Below are positions 28,175 through 37,598 of a stretch of DNA of 64,000 nt, in pieces. Each line of letters begins with the position of its first letter. The stretch's first letter is position 1. A program made the position numbers and the translations under genes. Location: assembly GCA_963770895.1 (NCBI GenBank), contig CAVYRF010000002.1:5504001-5568000 (forward strand), given 5' to 3'. The notes below the pieces were generated by a model. It did no database searches and had not been told where the DNA came from. It saw nothing but the letters and a program-made list of their open reading frames with translations. The stretch is from an uncultured Acidobacteriota bacterium. GTDB lineage: Bacteria > Acidobacteriota > Thermoanaerobaculia > Multivoradales > UBA5704.

Positions 28175-29302
28175 ATGAACGCGTCGTCGGAAGCGGCGGC
28201 AGCGGCCGAGCGGACGCCGGTGGCGGCATCACATGGGGCAGCGGCGCCAGCTGGGGCCGCGGTGCCGCTGCTGGCGATCGAGGACCTGCGGGTGTCGTTC
28301 CCCGGCGAGCGCGGCTGGGTGGAGGCGGTGCGCGGCGTATCGCTCACCGTCGGGCGCGGCGAATGCGTCGGCCTGGTGGGCGAATCGGGTTCGGGCAAGA
28401 GCTTGACGGCGCTGGCGGTGCTGCGCCTGGTGCCGCCGCCGGCCAGGGTCGCCGGGCGGGTGCTGCTCGACGGCGCGGACCTGCTCAGCCTGCCCCCCAA
28501 GGCGGTGCGCGCGGTGCGCGGCGCCCGCGTGGGGATGGTCTTTCAGGAGCCGATGACGGCGCTCAACCCCTACTACACGATCGGCTTCCAGATCGGCGAA
28601 GCGCTGGCGGCGCACCGGCCGCGCGCCGCGCGCTCGCGGCGGCAGCTGCGTGCCGAGGCGGCGCGGCTGCTCGACCGGATGGCGATCCCGGACGCCCGCC
28701 GGCGTCTCGACGCCTATCCCCACCAGCTGTCCGGCGGCCAGCGCCAGCGCGTGCTGATGGCCATGGCGCTGGCCGGCGGCCCCGACCTGCTGATCGCCGA
28801 CGAGCCGACGACGGCGCTCGACGTGACGCTGCAGGCGCAGATCCTGGGCCTGCTCGACGAGCTGCGCGCCGAGCTCGGTCTGGCGATCCTGCTCATCACC
28901 CACGATCTGGGGGTGGTGGCCGCGGTCTGCGACCGGGTGGCGGTCGCCTATGCGGGCCAGGTGGTGGAGGAAGCCGGCGCCGCCGATCTCTTCGGCGAGC
29001 CGCAGCATCCCTATACCCGCGGCCTGCTGGCGACCCTGCCGCGGCTGGGCGCGCCGCGGCGCCGCGGCCATCTGCCGGTGCTGCCCGGCCAGCCGACCGA
29101 GGCCGCGGCGCGCCCCGCGGGCTGCGCCTTCCACCCGCGCTGCGCCGAAGCGATGCCGATCTGCGCCACCGACGAGCCGCCGCCCTTCGGCCCCCGCCGC
29201 AACCGCTGCTGGCTGGCGGCGGGCGGCACCGACGCCGACAACGCCGGCGCCGGCGCCGCCGCACAGGGCGGCTGGGGCGGCGGCGCAGGGAGCCGGCAGT
29301 GA
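28175..29302 (+). CDS. Oligopeptide/dipeptide ABC transporter ATP-binding protein (OppD/DppD-like)
   Basis: [53 protein letters not shown]. Confidence 0.93.
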   Translation: MNASSEAAAAAERTPVAASHGAAAPAGAAVPLLAIEDLRVSFPGERGWVEAVRGVSLTVGRGECVGLVGESGSGKSLTALAVLRLVPPPARVAGRVLLDGADLLSLPPKAVRAVRGARVGMVFQEPMTALNPYYTIGFQIGEALAAHRPRAARSRRQLRAEAARLLDRMAIPDARRRLDAYPHQLSGGQRQRVLMAMALAGGPDLLIADEPTTALDVTLQAQILGLLDELRAELGLAILLITHDLGVVAAVCDRVAVAYAGQVVEEAGAADLFGEPQHPYTRGLLATLPRLGAPRRRGHLPVLPGQPTEAAARPAGCAFHPRCAEAMPICATDEPPPFGPRRNRCWLAAGGTDADNAGAGAAAQGGWGGGAGSRQ

Positions 29303-30531
29303 GCGGTGACGCCATCGGCGGCCGTGGCGGCAGCCTTGCCAAGGGTGGCGGCGGGGCGGCGGTGCTGCTGTCGGCGGTCGGGCTGGCAAAACGCTACGTG
29401 CGCCGCTCGTGGCTGGCGGGCGCCGGCGGGGGAGGCCCCGTGGCGGCCGGCGCCGGCGGCGCCGGCTCCGCCGGCAGCGTGGCCGCCCTGGCCGGCGTCG
29501 ACCTGGAGGTGCGGCGCGGCGAATGCCTGGGCATCGTCGGCGAGTCGGGCAGCGGCAAGACCACCCTGGCGCTGTGCCTGCTGCGCCTGCTGGAGCCGAC
29601 GGCGGGGCGGGTGCTGTTCGACGGCGAGGACCTGACGGCGCTGTCGCCGCGCGAGCTGCGCCGGCGGCGGCGGCACTTCCAGATGATCTACCAGGACCCC
29701 TTCGATTCGCTCGACCCGCGCCAGAAGGTCGGCGCCGCCGTGGCCGAGCCGCTGCGCGTCCGCAGCGCCTTTGCGCCGCCCGGCGAGCGCCCGCCCCGCC
29801 GGCTGCGCGGCGCCGCGGCCCGCACCGCGGCGCACGCGCTGCTGGCCACGGTCGGCCTGCCGGCCCACCTGGCCGGCCGCCTGCCGCACGAGCTGTCGGG
29901 CGGCCAGCGCCAGCGGGTGGGGATCGCCCGCGCCCTGGCGATGGAACCGCAGCTGCTGATCGCCGACGAGCCGGTGTCGGCGCTGGACATCTCGGTGCGC
30001 AGCCAGATCCTCAACCTGCTTGCCGACCTGCAGCGGCGCATGGGGCTCACCCTGTTGCTCATCGCCCACGACCTGTCGGTCGTCGAACAGATGGCAGACC
30101 GCGTGGCGGTGTTCTACTGCGGCCGGATCGTCGAGCTGGGACCCTGCCAGGCGCTGTTCGCCCATCCCCTGCACCCCTATACCGCAAGCCTGATCGCGGC
30201 GGTGCCGGCGGCACTCCCGGCGGCAGCGGCGGCGCTTGCAGGGGAGGGGGCCGCCGCCCGGCGCGTCCGCCCGCCGATTTCCGGCGAGGCCCCCAGCGCC
30301 GAAGCGCCGCCCCCTGGCTGCCCCTTCCATCCACGCTGCCCCCTGGCGCAAGATCGCTGCCGCGTCGAGCTGCCGCCGCTGCTGGCGGCCGCCGCGCCGG
30401 AGCCGGACCTCGCGGCGCCGCGGGCCGGCGACTCCACCGCGGCGGCGCCGGCGCCGGGAGAGCGGCAGGTCGCCTGCTTTTTCCCCCTGGCGCCGGGGGT
30501 GGCCCCATTGCAGGCGCTTGCGGCACCGTAA
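29299..30531 (+). CDS. Oligopeptide/dipeptide ABC transporter ATP-binding protein (OppF/DppF-like)
   Basis: GTG overlapping the upstream stop (GTGA); GESGSGKTT, QDPFDSLDP, DEPVSALDISV, GCPFHPRCP. Confidence 0.92.
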   Translation: MSGDAIGGRGGSLAKGGGGAAVLLSAVGLAKRYVRRSWLAGAGGGGPVAAGAGGAGSAGSVAALAGVDLEVRRGECLGIVGESGSGKTTLALCLLRLLEPTAGRVLFDGEDLTALSPRELRRRRRHFQMIYQDPFDSLDPRQKVGAAVAEPLRVRSAFAPPGERPPRRLRGAAARTAAHALLATVGLPAHLAGRLPHELSGGQRQRVGIARALAMEPQLLIADEPVSALDISVRSQILNLLADLQRRMGLTLLLIAHDLSVVEQMADRVAVFYCGRIVELGPCQALFAHPLHPYTASLIAAVPAALPAAAAALAGEGAAARRVRPPISGEAPSAEAPPPGCPFHPRCPLAQDRCRVELPPLLAAAAPEPDLAAPRAGDSTAAAPAPGERQVACFFPLAPGVAPLQALAAP

Positions 30532-30638
30532 ACTTTGATAGTTGTGAAACGTACATCGGCCAGGCAGGCTCGAAGTGCGGTCACGTGGCGAAATACAAGC
30601 GTAACGTCGATCGAAGCCAGATCTGAGGGGTTCTCCGA

Positions 30639-32564
30639 ATGACCAAGTCTTCCTCTTCGCAATCGCGTCCGGCACGGCCGGCAAGCGTCGCCTGCCTTGG
30701 TGCACTGCGCTCGTCGCGCTCGTTGCGCGCCGTCAACCGGGTCCTGGCCGTCATGGCGCTGCTCTCGGTCGTCGCCAACCCCCTGCCGGTGGCGGCCCAG
30801 TCCATGGGCACCGCCCAGCAGCCGCCGCCCCCCACGCCGACCCAGGCACCGACTCCGTCGGCGCCCTCTGCGGCCGTCCCCGCGGCGCCGGGTTCCGCCG
30901 GCGACGCCAACGGCCCCATGACCTCGTGGCCGAGCACCTTCGGGCAGCCGCCGGCCGCCGCGGGACCTCCCAAGCCCGCGGTCAAGCCGTCGCCGGCGGG
31001 ATCGCTGGGCAGTCTGCCGCCGACGCAAAAGGTCAAGGTGGACGTCTGGGACCTGGACCCGGAAGCCCAGGAGCTGCACCTGGACATCAAGGACAACGTG
31101 CTGTCGCTGACCCTGGAGCAGGCGGTCGATATCGGGTTGCAAAGGAACCTGTCGACCGTGCTGCAGCGCTACATCCGCAACGAGGCGCGCCTGTCGGTGC
31201 TGGCGGCCTACGGCATCTACGACCTCACCCTGACCGGGCTGGCCCAGGCTAACTACCAGAAGAGCCCTGACACCTCGCTGTCGAGCGCCGGCACCGCCCG
31301 CCAGGACAATTTGAACCTGGGGCTGTCCCAGCTGCTGCCGTCCGGCGGCACGGTCTCGCTGGCCTACAACAATCCGCGCACCGAGGAGATCATCCCGGGC
31401 ACCACCAGCTCGTTCTACGCCTTCAACGGCGTCTACTTCTGGGAGCCGTCCGCGACCTTCACCCTCAGCCAGCCGCTGCTCAACGGTTTCGGCCGCATCC
31501 CGACGGAAAAGACCATCCTCCAGGCGCGCAACGGCAGCGACAGCAACCGCTGCCTGTTCGAGTTCACGGCGATCACCAACTCCATCACGGTGATCGACGA
31601 TTACTGGGCGCTGGTCAACGCCCGCGAGCAGCTGGTGGTGGCGCAGGAAGCGCTGCAGCTGGCGCGCGACCTCAACGAGCGCAACCGCATCCAGGTGCAG
31701 GTGGGCACCCTGGCGCCGCTTGAAATGGCGCAGAGCGAAGCCGCCATCGCCACCGACGAAGAGAACATCATCACCGCCCAGGCGGCGGTCGGCGACGCCG
31801 CCGACGCGCTGCGCCAGGCGATGAACCTGCCGCCCGACCTGTGGCACCTGGACATCCTGCCGACCACCCCGCCCGAAACCGACACCATCCAGATCGACCT
31901 GGACAGCTCGATCAAGACGGCGCTGGAAAACCGGGTGGAGATCAAATACGAGGTCCTCAAGGTGGATTCGGCCAAGGTCACCGCCGCCGTGGCGCACAAC
32001 GCGGTGCTGCCCACCGTCAACTTCCTGGCCAACTACGGCCTGACCGGCGTCGGTCCCAGCTACGGCACGGCGTTCAGCCAGTTGAGCGATCTCAGCTTTC
32101 CGGGCTGGTCGATCGGGCTGTCGCTGTCCGTGCCGCTGCAAAACCGCGCCGCCCGCGCCACCGCCGTCAGCTCCGACCTGGGCGTCAAGCAGTTCAGCTG
32201 GGAGCTCGACGCGCAGCGCAAGCAGGTGCTGATCGAGGTGCGCAAGGCGGTGCGCGCCATGGAGACCGCGACCAAGCAGATCGACGCCGCGCACGCCGCC
32301 CGCCAATACCAGGAGCGCAGCCTGGACGCCGAGCGCAAGCGCTACGAAAACGGCATGTCCACCAGCTTCCTGATCACCCAGGTGGAAGAGCAGCTGACCA
32401 CCTCCAAGCAGACCGAAGTCAACGCCATCACCACCTACCGCACCGCCCTGGCCGAGTACTACCGCAGCATCGGCAAGCTCCTGCCCGAGCTGGGGGTGCA
32501 GATCCAGGACCCCAAGGAGCCGGTCAACCGCTTCGTCTGGCACAAGGCCGACTGGTGGCGCTAG
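30639..32564 (+). CDS. TolC family outer membrane efflux protein
   Basis: Signal-like N-terminus plus Pro-rich linker; LSLTLEQAV, YWAL, G.LAPLE, LSVPLQNR, RYENGMST; heads an MFP/ABC operon. Confidence 0.88.
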   Translation: MTKSSSSQSRPARPASVACLGALRSSRSLRAVNRVLAVMALLSVVANPLPVAAQSMGTAQQPPPPTPTQAPTPSAPSAAVPAAPGSAGDANGPMTSWPSTFGQPPAAAGPPKPAVKPSPAGSLGSLPPTQKVKVDVWDLDPEAQELHLDIKDNVLSLTLEQAVDIGLQRNLSTVLQRYIRNEARLSVLAAYGIYDLTLTGLAQANYQKSPDTSLSSAGTARQDNLNLGLSQLLPSGGTVSLAYNNPRTEEIIPGTTSSFYAFNGVYFWEPSATFTLSQPLLNGFGRIPTEKTILQARNGSDSNRCLFEFTAITNSITVIDDYWALVNAREQLVVAQEALQLARDLNERNRIQVQVGTLAPLEMAQSEAAIATDEENIITAQAAVGDAADALRQAMNLPPDLWHLDILPTTPPETDTIQIDLDSSIKTALENRVEIKYEVLKVDSAKVTAAVAHNAVLPTVNFLANYGLTGVGPSYGTAFSQLSDLSFPGWSIGLSLSVPLQNRAARATAVSSDLGVKQFSWELDAQRKQVLIEVRKAVRAMETATKQIDAAHAARQYQERSLDAERKRYENGMSTSFLITQVEEQLTTSKQTEVNAITTYRTALAEYYRSIGKLLPELGVQIQDPKEPVNRFVWHKADWWR

Positions 32565-32684
32565 TGTCCCGCCCGGTTAATTCGCATGGTATTCGCTTGC
32601 CCTCCGGCCCCCTGGCGGCGTTGCGCCTCCTCGACATACGTTCGACTATGCCTGCGTCGGCGCGCCAACCGGGCGGGCCACTAG
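32561..32684. repeat. Palindromic MITE/REP-like element, copy 1 (internally deleted)
   Basis: About 105 nt nearly identical to copy 2; ends CTAGTGTCCCGCCCGGTT ... AACCGGGCGGGCCACTAG; its TAG is the tolC stop. Confidence 0.85.
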
Positions 32685-32796
32685 CAATAGGCCCCCTCCC
32701 CTCAGGCGGCCTGCTGTAGGCTTGCTACCCGAGGCTGCCGGCCGGCACGCCGCCCCGCGACCCAGCGGTGCGGCGTCGCCGCCCAGAGGAACCGCC

Positions 32797-34038
32797 GTGA
32801 AACGCATCCTGATCGTCGTCGCCTGCCTGGTGTTGGTGGGTGTGGCGGTGACCGCCGCCATCCGTGCCCGCGGCGGCAAAAAAGGCGTCCGCGTCTACGT
32901 CGAGCCGGCGGCCCGCCGCGACCTGCTGCAGGTCGTCAAGGCGACCGGCGACATCGAGCCGCGCACCAAGGTCAACATCTCCGCCCACGTCATCGCCAAG
33001 ATCGAGAAGCTCTACGTCAACGAGGGCGACCGGGTGCAGAAGGGCCAGCCCTTCCTGATGCTGGAGCAGAACGTCTTCATCGCCGACCGCGACCAGTGGG
33101 CGGCACAGCTGCGCAGCGCCGAAACCGCCGTCGCCAAGCAGCAGGTGGAGCTCGACGACGCGACGGTCAAGCTGGCGCGCGCCAAGCGCCTGTTCACGGC
33201 CGGCTTCTTCACCGCCGAGCAGTGGGAAAACGCGCAGCTGGCCGAGCGCTCGGCGCGCCTGCAGCTGGAGCAGACCCGCGACGTGGTGAGCCAGGACCGC
33301 GCCAACCTGGAGCGGGCGCAGACCGACCTGGGCAAGACCGTGATCTACGCGCCGATCGGCGGCCAGGTCATCTCGCTCGCCGCCAAGGAGGGGGAGGTGG
33401 TGGTGTCGGGCACCATGAACAACCCCGCGTCGGTGATCGCCACCATCGCCGACATGAGCCAGGTGCTGGCCGAAGTGGACGTCGACGAAACCGAGATCGT
33501 GCAGGTCAAGCTCGGCCAGCGCGCCACGCTCAAGGTGGACGCTCTGCCCAAGCGCGTCTACCATGGCTCGGTGACGGAGGTGGGCAGCTCCGGCTACGGC
33601 CGCCCGTCGCAGCCCGACGTGACGTTCTTCCGGGTGAAGGTGCAGCTCGACGACAGCGACAGCCAGCTGCGCTCCGGCATGTCGGTGCGCGCGGAAATCG
33701 CCACCCAGGCCGACCGCGCGGCGCTGGTGGTGCCCATCCAGGCGGTGGTCGAGCGCGCGCCGCCGGGGCATCCGGGCGCCGACGAGATCAAGGTGGTGTT
33801 CGTGGTCGCCGGCGGGCGGGCTCACCTGCGGCCGGTGGAAACCGGCATCTCGGACGAGACGCAGGTCGAGGTGCTCTCGGGGCTGCACCCCGGCGACCAG
33901 CTGGTCACCGGGCCGTACCGGTCGCTGCGCGACCTCAAGGACGGCGACCTGCTGGACGTGACCGCCGGCGCGGCGCCCCAGGCCGGCGGCGAAGCGCAGG
34001 ACGGCCAGGACGCAGGCAAAGGGGGAGAGGATCGCTGA
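32797..34038 (+). CDS. Efflux periplasmic adaptor subunit (MacA/HlyD family)
   Basis: GTG start after AGAGGA; TM anchor; V.ATG.IEP, EGD.V.KGQ, APIGG.V, VDETEI..VKLGQ, GLHPGD. Confidence 0.92.
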   Translation: MKRILIVVACLVLVGVAVTAAIRARGGKKGVRVYVEPAARRDLLQVVKATGDIEPRTKVNISAHVIAKIEKLYVNEGDRVQKGQPFLMLEQNVFIADRDQWAAQLRSAETAVAKQQVELDDATVKLARAKRLFTAGFFTAEQWENAQLAERSARLQLEQTRDVVSQDRANLERAQTDLGKTVIYAPIGGQVISLAAKEGEVVVSGTMNNPASVIATIADMSQVLAEVDVDETEIVQVKLGQRATLKVDALPKRVYHGSVTEVGSSGYGRPSQPDVTFFRVKVQLDDSDSQLRSGMSVRAEIATQADRAALVVPIQAVVERAPPGHPGADEIKVVFVVAGGRAHLRPVETGISDETQVEVLSGLHPGDQLVTGPYRSLRDLKDGDLLDVTAGAAPQAGGEAQDGQDAGKGGEDR

Positions 34039-34775
34039 TGCCACCGCTGATCGAGCTCGAAGAGGTCTTCAAGATCTACGACATGGGGGCGGAGAAGGTG
34101 CACGCCTTGAACGGCATCGATCTGCACATCGACCGCGGCGAATACGTGGCGATCATGGGGTCGTCGGGCAGCGGCAAGTCGACGCTGATGAACCTGCTGG
34201 GGTGCCTGGACACGCCCACCTCGGGCACCTACCGGTTGAACGGCGTCGCGGTCGAAGAGCTGGACGACAGCGAGCTGGCCGCCATCCGCAACAAGGAGAT
34301 CGGCTTCGTGTTCCAGACGTTCAACCTGCTCGCCCGCACCGACGCCCTGCACAACGTCGAGCTGCCGCTGATCTACGCCGGGGTGCCGCGCCGCGAGCGC
34401 CGCGAGCGGGCGCGCAACGCCCTGGCCCGCGTCGGCCTGGCCGAGCGCATGAGCCACAACCCCAACGAGCTGTCGGGCGGCCAGCGGCAGCGGGTCGCGA
34501 TCGCCCGCGCGCTGGTCAACGATCCGTCGCTGCTGCTCGCCGACGAGCCCACCGGCAACCTGGATTCGACCACCTCGGACGAAATCATGGAGCTGTTCGA
34601 CCAGTTGCACGCGGCCGGCAACTCGGTGGTGGTGGTCACCCACGAACCCGACATCGCCGAGCACTCGCAGCGCCGCATCAACCTGCGCGACGGCAAGGTG
34701 CTGTCCGACGCTCCGACGACGCACGCGGCGGCCGGCGGGGCCGGCGCCGGGACCGGCGCCGAGGCCGGGAGCTAG
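34038..34775 (+). CDS. MacB/LolD-type ABC transporter ATP-binding protein
   Basis: TGATG overlap; [43 protein letters not shown]. Confidence 0.95.
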   Translation: MPPLIELEEVFKIYDMGAEKVHALNGIDLHIDRGEYVAIMGSSGSGKSTLMNLLGCLDTPTSGTYRLNGVAVEELDDSELAAIRNKEIGFVFQTFNLLARTDALHNVELPLIYAGVPRRERRERARNALARVGLAERMSHNPNELSGGQRQRVAIARALVNDPSLLLADEPTGNLDSTTSDEIMELFDQLHAAGNSVVVVTHEPDIAEHSQRRINLRDGKVLSDAPTTHAAAGGAGAGTGAEAGS

Positions 34776-34784
34776 CTCCCCAAG

Positions 34785-34950
34785 TTAGTGCCCCGCCCGG
34801 TGAATTCGCATGGTATTCGCTTGCCCTCCGGCCCCCTGGCGGCGTTCCGCCTCCTCGCCATAAGTTTCGACTATGCCTGCGTCGGCGCGCCTTGCCAGAG
34901 GACCGGATTGCGGCGCGACTACCATGCGAATTCACCGGGCGGGGCACTAG
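34785..34950. repeat. Palindromic MITE/REP-like element, copy 2 (full, 166 bp)
   Basis: Perfect 30-bp terminal IR TAGTGCCCCGCCCGGTGAATTCGCATGGTA (34786-34815 / 34920-34949); TTAG and CTAG ends. Confidence 0.9.
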
Positions 34951-34963
34951 GGCGGGGCCGCCG

Positions 34964-36190
34964 GTGATCGTCGCCGAAAACGTCCGCATCGCCGCCGCCG
35001 GGCTGCGCGCCAACGGCTTGCGGTCGCTGCTGACGACGCTCGGCATCGTCATCGGGGTGGCGGCGGTCATCGCCGTGGTGTCGGTGGTGCAGGGGCTGCA
35101 GCACCTGGCGACCGGCGTCTTCGAGGGGGTGGGAGCCTCCTTTCTGGCGGTCGAGGCGCGGCAGGCGCGCGAAAACCGCCCCGGCGTGGTGGCGCAGCAG
35201 GTGCGGCTGACGGTGGAGGACGCGCGCGCGATCCAGACCCAGGTGGCCGGCATCCGCGTCTTCACGCCGGTGCTGACCGGCAGCGCCGAGGTGCGCTACG
35301 GCGATCGCCGCCACCTGCCCGGCGCCGTGCTGGGGGTTGGCGACGCCTACCAGGAGGTGCTCAACCACACCGTCGAGCGCGGCCGTTTCCTGTCCCGCAT
35401 CGACCTCGAGAATCACCGCAAGGTCGCGGTGCTCGGCCCCAAGGTGGTCGCCAAGCTGCGGCTGGGGGGGGCGGTGCTGGGCAAGGAGATCTACGTCGGC
35501 AACCTCCCGGTGACGGTCGTCGGCATCATGGAGAGCAAGGGCGAGACGCTCGGCACCGACCTGGACGACCGGGTGTTCGTGCCGTTCGACACCGCCTTTG
35601 CCCTGTTCGGGCGCGACGCCGCCGACCGCGTGCAGTGCTACATGCAGGCGACGACGCCCGAGCGGGTGGCGGCGGTCCAGGCGGACATCGCCCAGCTGCT
35701 GCGCCGCCGCCACCACCTGGCGGCAGGCACGCCGGACGACTTCCGCATCACCGTCCAGGACGAGCTGCTGCGCCAGGTCACGCGGTTCCTGTCGGCGGTC
35801 ACCGCGGTGGTCGCCGGCATCGTCGGCATCTCGCTGCTGGTCGGCGGCATCGGCATCATGAACGTCATGCTGGTGTCGGTGACCGAGCGCACGCGCGAGA
35901 TCGGCGTGCGCAAGGCGGTCGGCGCCCGCCGCCGCGACATCCTGGCGCAGTTCCTGATCGAGGCGGTGACGCTGTCGCTGGCCGGCGGCCTGCTCGGCTT
36001 CGCGCTCGGCTACGGCCTGGGGGCGCTGGTGGTGGCGGTGGTGCCGGCGCACCTGCCGCCGGCGCACGTGCCGCTGTGGGCGGCGGTGCTGTCGCTGGGA
36101 TTCTCGGCGGCGGTGGGGATCTTCTTCGGCATCTATCCGGCCGGCAAGGCGGCCCGTCTCGACCCCATCGAGGCGCTGCGCTACGAGTAG
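34964..36190 (+). CDS. MacB-like ABC transporter permease
   Basis: RSLLTTLGIVIGVAAV, VGGIGIMNVMLVSVTERTREIGVRKAVGA, PAGKAARLDPIEALRYE; GTG start inferred by comparison with the paralog. Confidence 0.92.
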   Translation: MIVAENVRIAAAGLRANGLRSLLTTLGIVIGVAAVIAVVSVVQGLQHLATGVFEGVGASFLAVEARQARENRPGVVAQQVRLTVEDARAIQTQVAGIRVFTPVLTGSAEVRYGDRRHLPGAVLGVGDAYQEVLNHTVERGRFLSRIDLENHRKVAVLGPKVVAKLRLGGAVLGKEIYVGNLPVTVVGIMESKGETLGTDLDDRVFVPFDTAFALFGRDAADRVQCYMQATTPERVAAVQADIAQLLRRRHHLAAGTPDDFRITVQDELLRQVTRFLSAVTAVVAGIVGISLLVGGIGIMNVMLVSVTERTREIGVRKAVGARRRDILAQFLIEAVTLSLAGGLLGFALGYGLGALVVAVVPAHLPPAHVPLWAAVLSLGFSAAVGIFFGIYPAGKAARLDPIEALRYE

Positions 36191-36193
36191 CCC

Positions 36194-37417
36194 ATGGTCC
36201 TGGTCGAAAGCATCCGCCTGGCGCTGGCGGCGCTGGCCGCCAACAAGCTGCGCTCCATGCTCACCACCCTGGGGATCGTCATCGGCGTCGGCTCGGTGGT
36301 GGCGGTGGTGTCGGTGGTGCAGGGGCTGCAGCACCTGGCGAGCGACATCTTCGAGGGGGTGGGGGCGACGTACATGTTCGTGCTGCCGCTGCGCCCCGAG
36401 CAGCCGGGGGAGGCGGGCGCCCACCAGGTCAAGCTGACCTGGGACGACGGCAAGGCGGTCCAGGAGCAGGTGCCGGGGGTGCGCTACCTGACGCCGCTCA
36501 TCGCCGGCAGCGAGGAGGTCAAGTACGGCGACCGCCGGTACCGTCCCGACTTCGTGGTGGGCGCCGCCGACAACTACCAGGAGGTGATGAACCACACCGT
36601 GGACCGCGGCCGGTTCTTCTCGCTCATCGACGTCGAGGCGCAGCACAAGGTGGCGGTGGTCGGCACCCGCGTGGTGGAGCGGCTGGGCCTGGGGAGCAAC
36701 CCCATCGGCAAGCAGATCTACGTCGGCCGCTATCCGGCGACGGTGATCGGGGTGATGGAGCACAAGGGCCAGACGCTGGGGCAGGACATGGACGACTTCC
36801 TGTTCGTCCCCTTCGGCCAGGCGCTGGCCCTCTTTGGGCGCGAGGCCGGCGACCAGGCGCAGCTGCGCCTGCAGGCCGAGCGCGCCGACCTGGTCGACGA
36901 GGTGAGGGCCGGCATCGTCCGCGTGCTGCGGCGGCGCCACCATCTTGGCGCGGCGGACCCCGACGACTTCCAGATCATCGTCCAGGACGAGATCCTCAAG
37001 CAGGTGACCGGCTTCCTGTCCGGCGTCACCGCCGTGGTGGGGGGGATCGTCGCCATCTCGCTGCTGGTGGGCGGCATCGGCATCATGAACATCATGCTGG
37101 TGTCGGTGACCGAGCGCACGCGCGAGATCGGCGTGCGCAAGGCGGTCGGCGCCCGCCGCCGCGACATCCTGCTGCAGTTCCTGATCGAGGCCGTGACGCT
37201 GTCGGGCGCCGGCGGCCTGCTCGGCCTGGCGGTGGGGTACGGGTTGGGCGCGCTGGTGACCGCGGTGATCCCCGCCACGCTGCCGCCGGCGCACGTGCCG
37301 CTGTGGGCGATCGTGCTGGCGACCGGCACGTCGATGTCGATCGGCATCGCTTCTGGCATCTACCCGGCCGCCAAAGCGGCGCGGCTGGACCCCATCACCG
37401 CCCTCCATTTCGAATAG
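36194..37417 (+). CDS. MacB-like ABC transporter permease (paralog)
   Basis: Same FtsX/MacB motifs as the preceding gene. Confidence 0.94.
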   Translation: MVLVESIRLALAALAANKLRSMLTTLGIVIGVGSVVAVVSVVQGLQHLASDIFEGVGATYMFVLPLRPEQPGEAGAHQVKLTWDDGKAVQEQVPGVRYLTPLIAGSEEVKYGDRRYRPDFVVGAADNYQEVMNHTVDRGRFFSLIDVEAQHKVAVVGTRVVERLGLGSNPIGKQIYVGRYPATVIGVMEHKGQTLGQDMDDFLFVPFGQALALFGREAGDQAQLRLQAERADLVDEVRAGIVRVLRRRHHLGAADPDDFQIIVQDEILKQVTGFLSGVTAVVGGIVAISLLVGGIGIMNIMLVSVTERTREIGVRKAVGARRRDILLQFLIEAVTLSGAGGLLGLAVGYGLGALVTAVIPATLPPAHVPLWAIVLATGTSMSIGIASGIYPAAKAARLDPITALHFE

Positions 37418-37598
37418 CGCCCCAGGGGGCGTCCTGGACCGGCCGACGGCGGCCGGCAGCCAGCGGGCGGTGGAGTTGGCTCGGGCGTTGCAACGGTTCC
37501 CGGCGACCGCCGCACCTCCGGGCTCGTCTACCCAGCGGCTGATGGCCATGTGGCCAGCCGCGGGTCCGGAGGCACGCCGCGCCGGAGCCCGAGATCCT

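Noticed and set aside
26548-28500. N-terminal half of the 1323-aa minus-strand ORF
   Set aside because: Antisense shadow of pepA and the ABC ATPase; the real gene starts at 26547
26668-30531. pepA and Opp/Dpp ATPases as the import/processing arm of the DPxG peptide system
   Set aside because: More than 20 kb away in housekeeping context; nothing in the sequence links them
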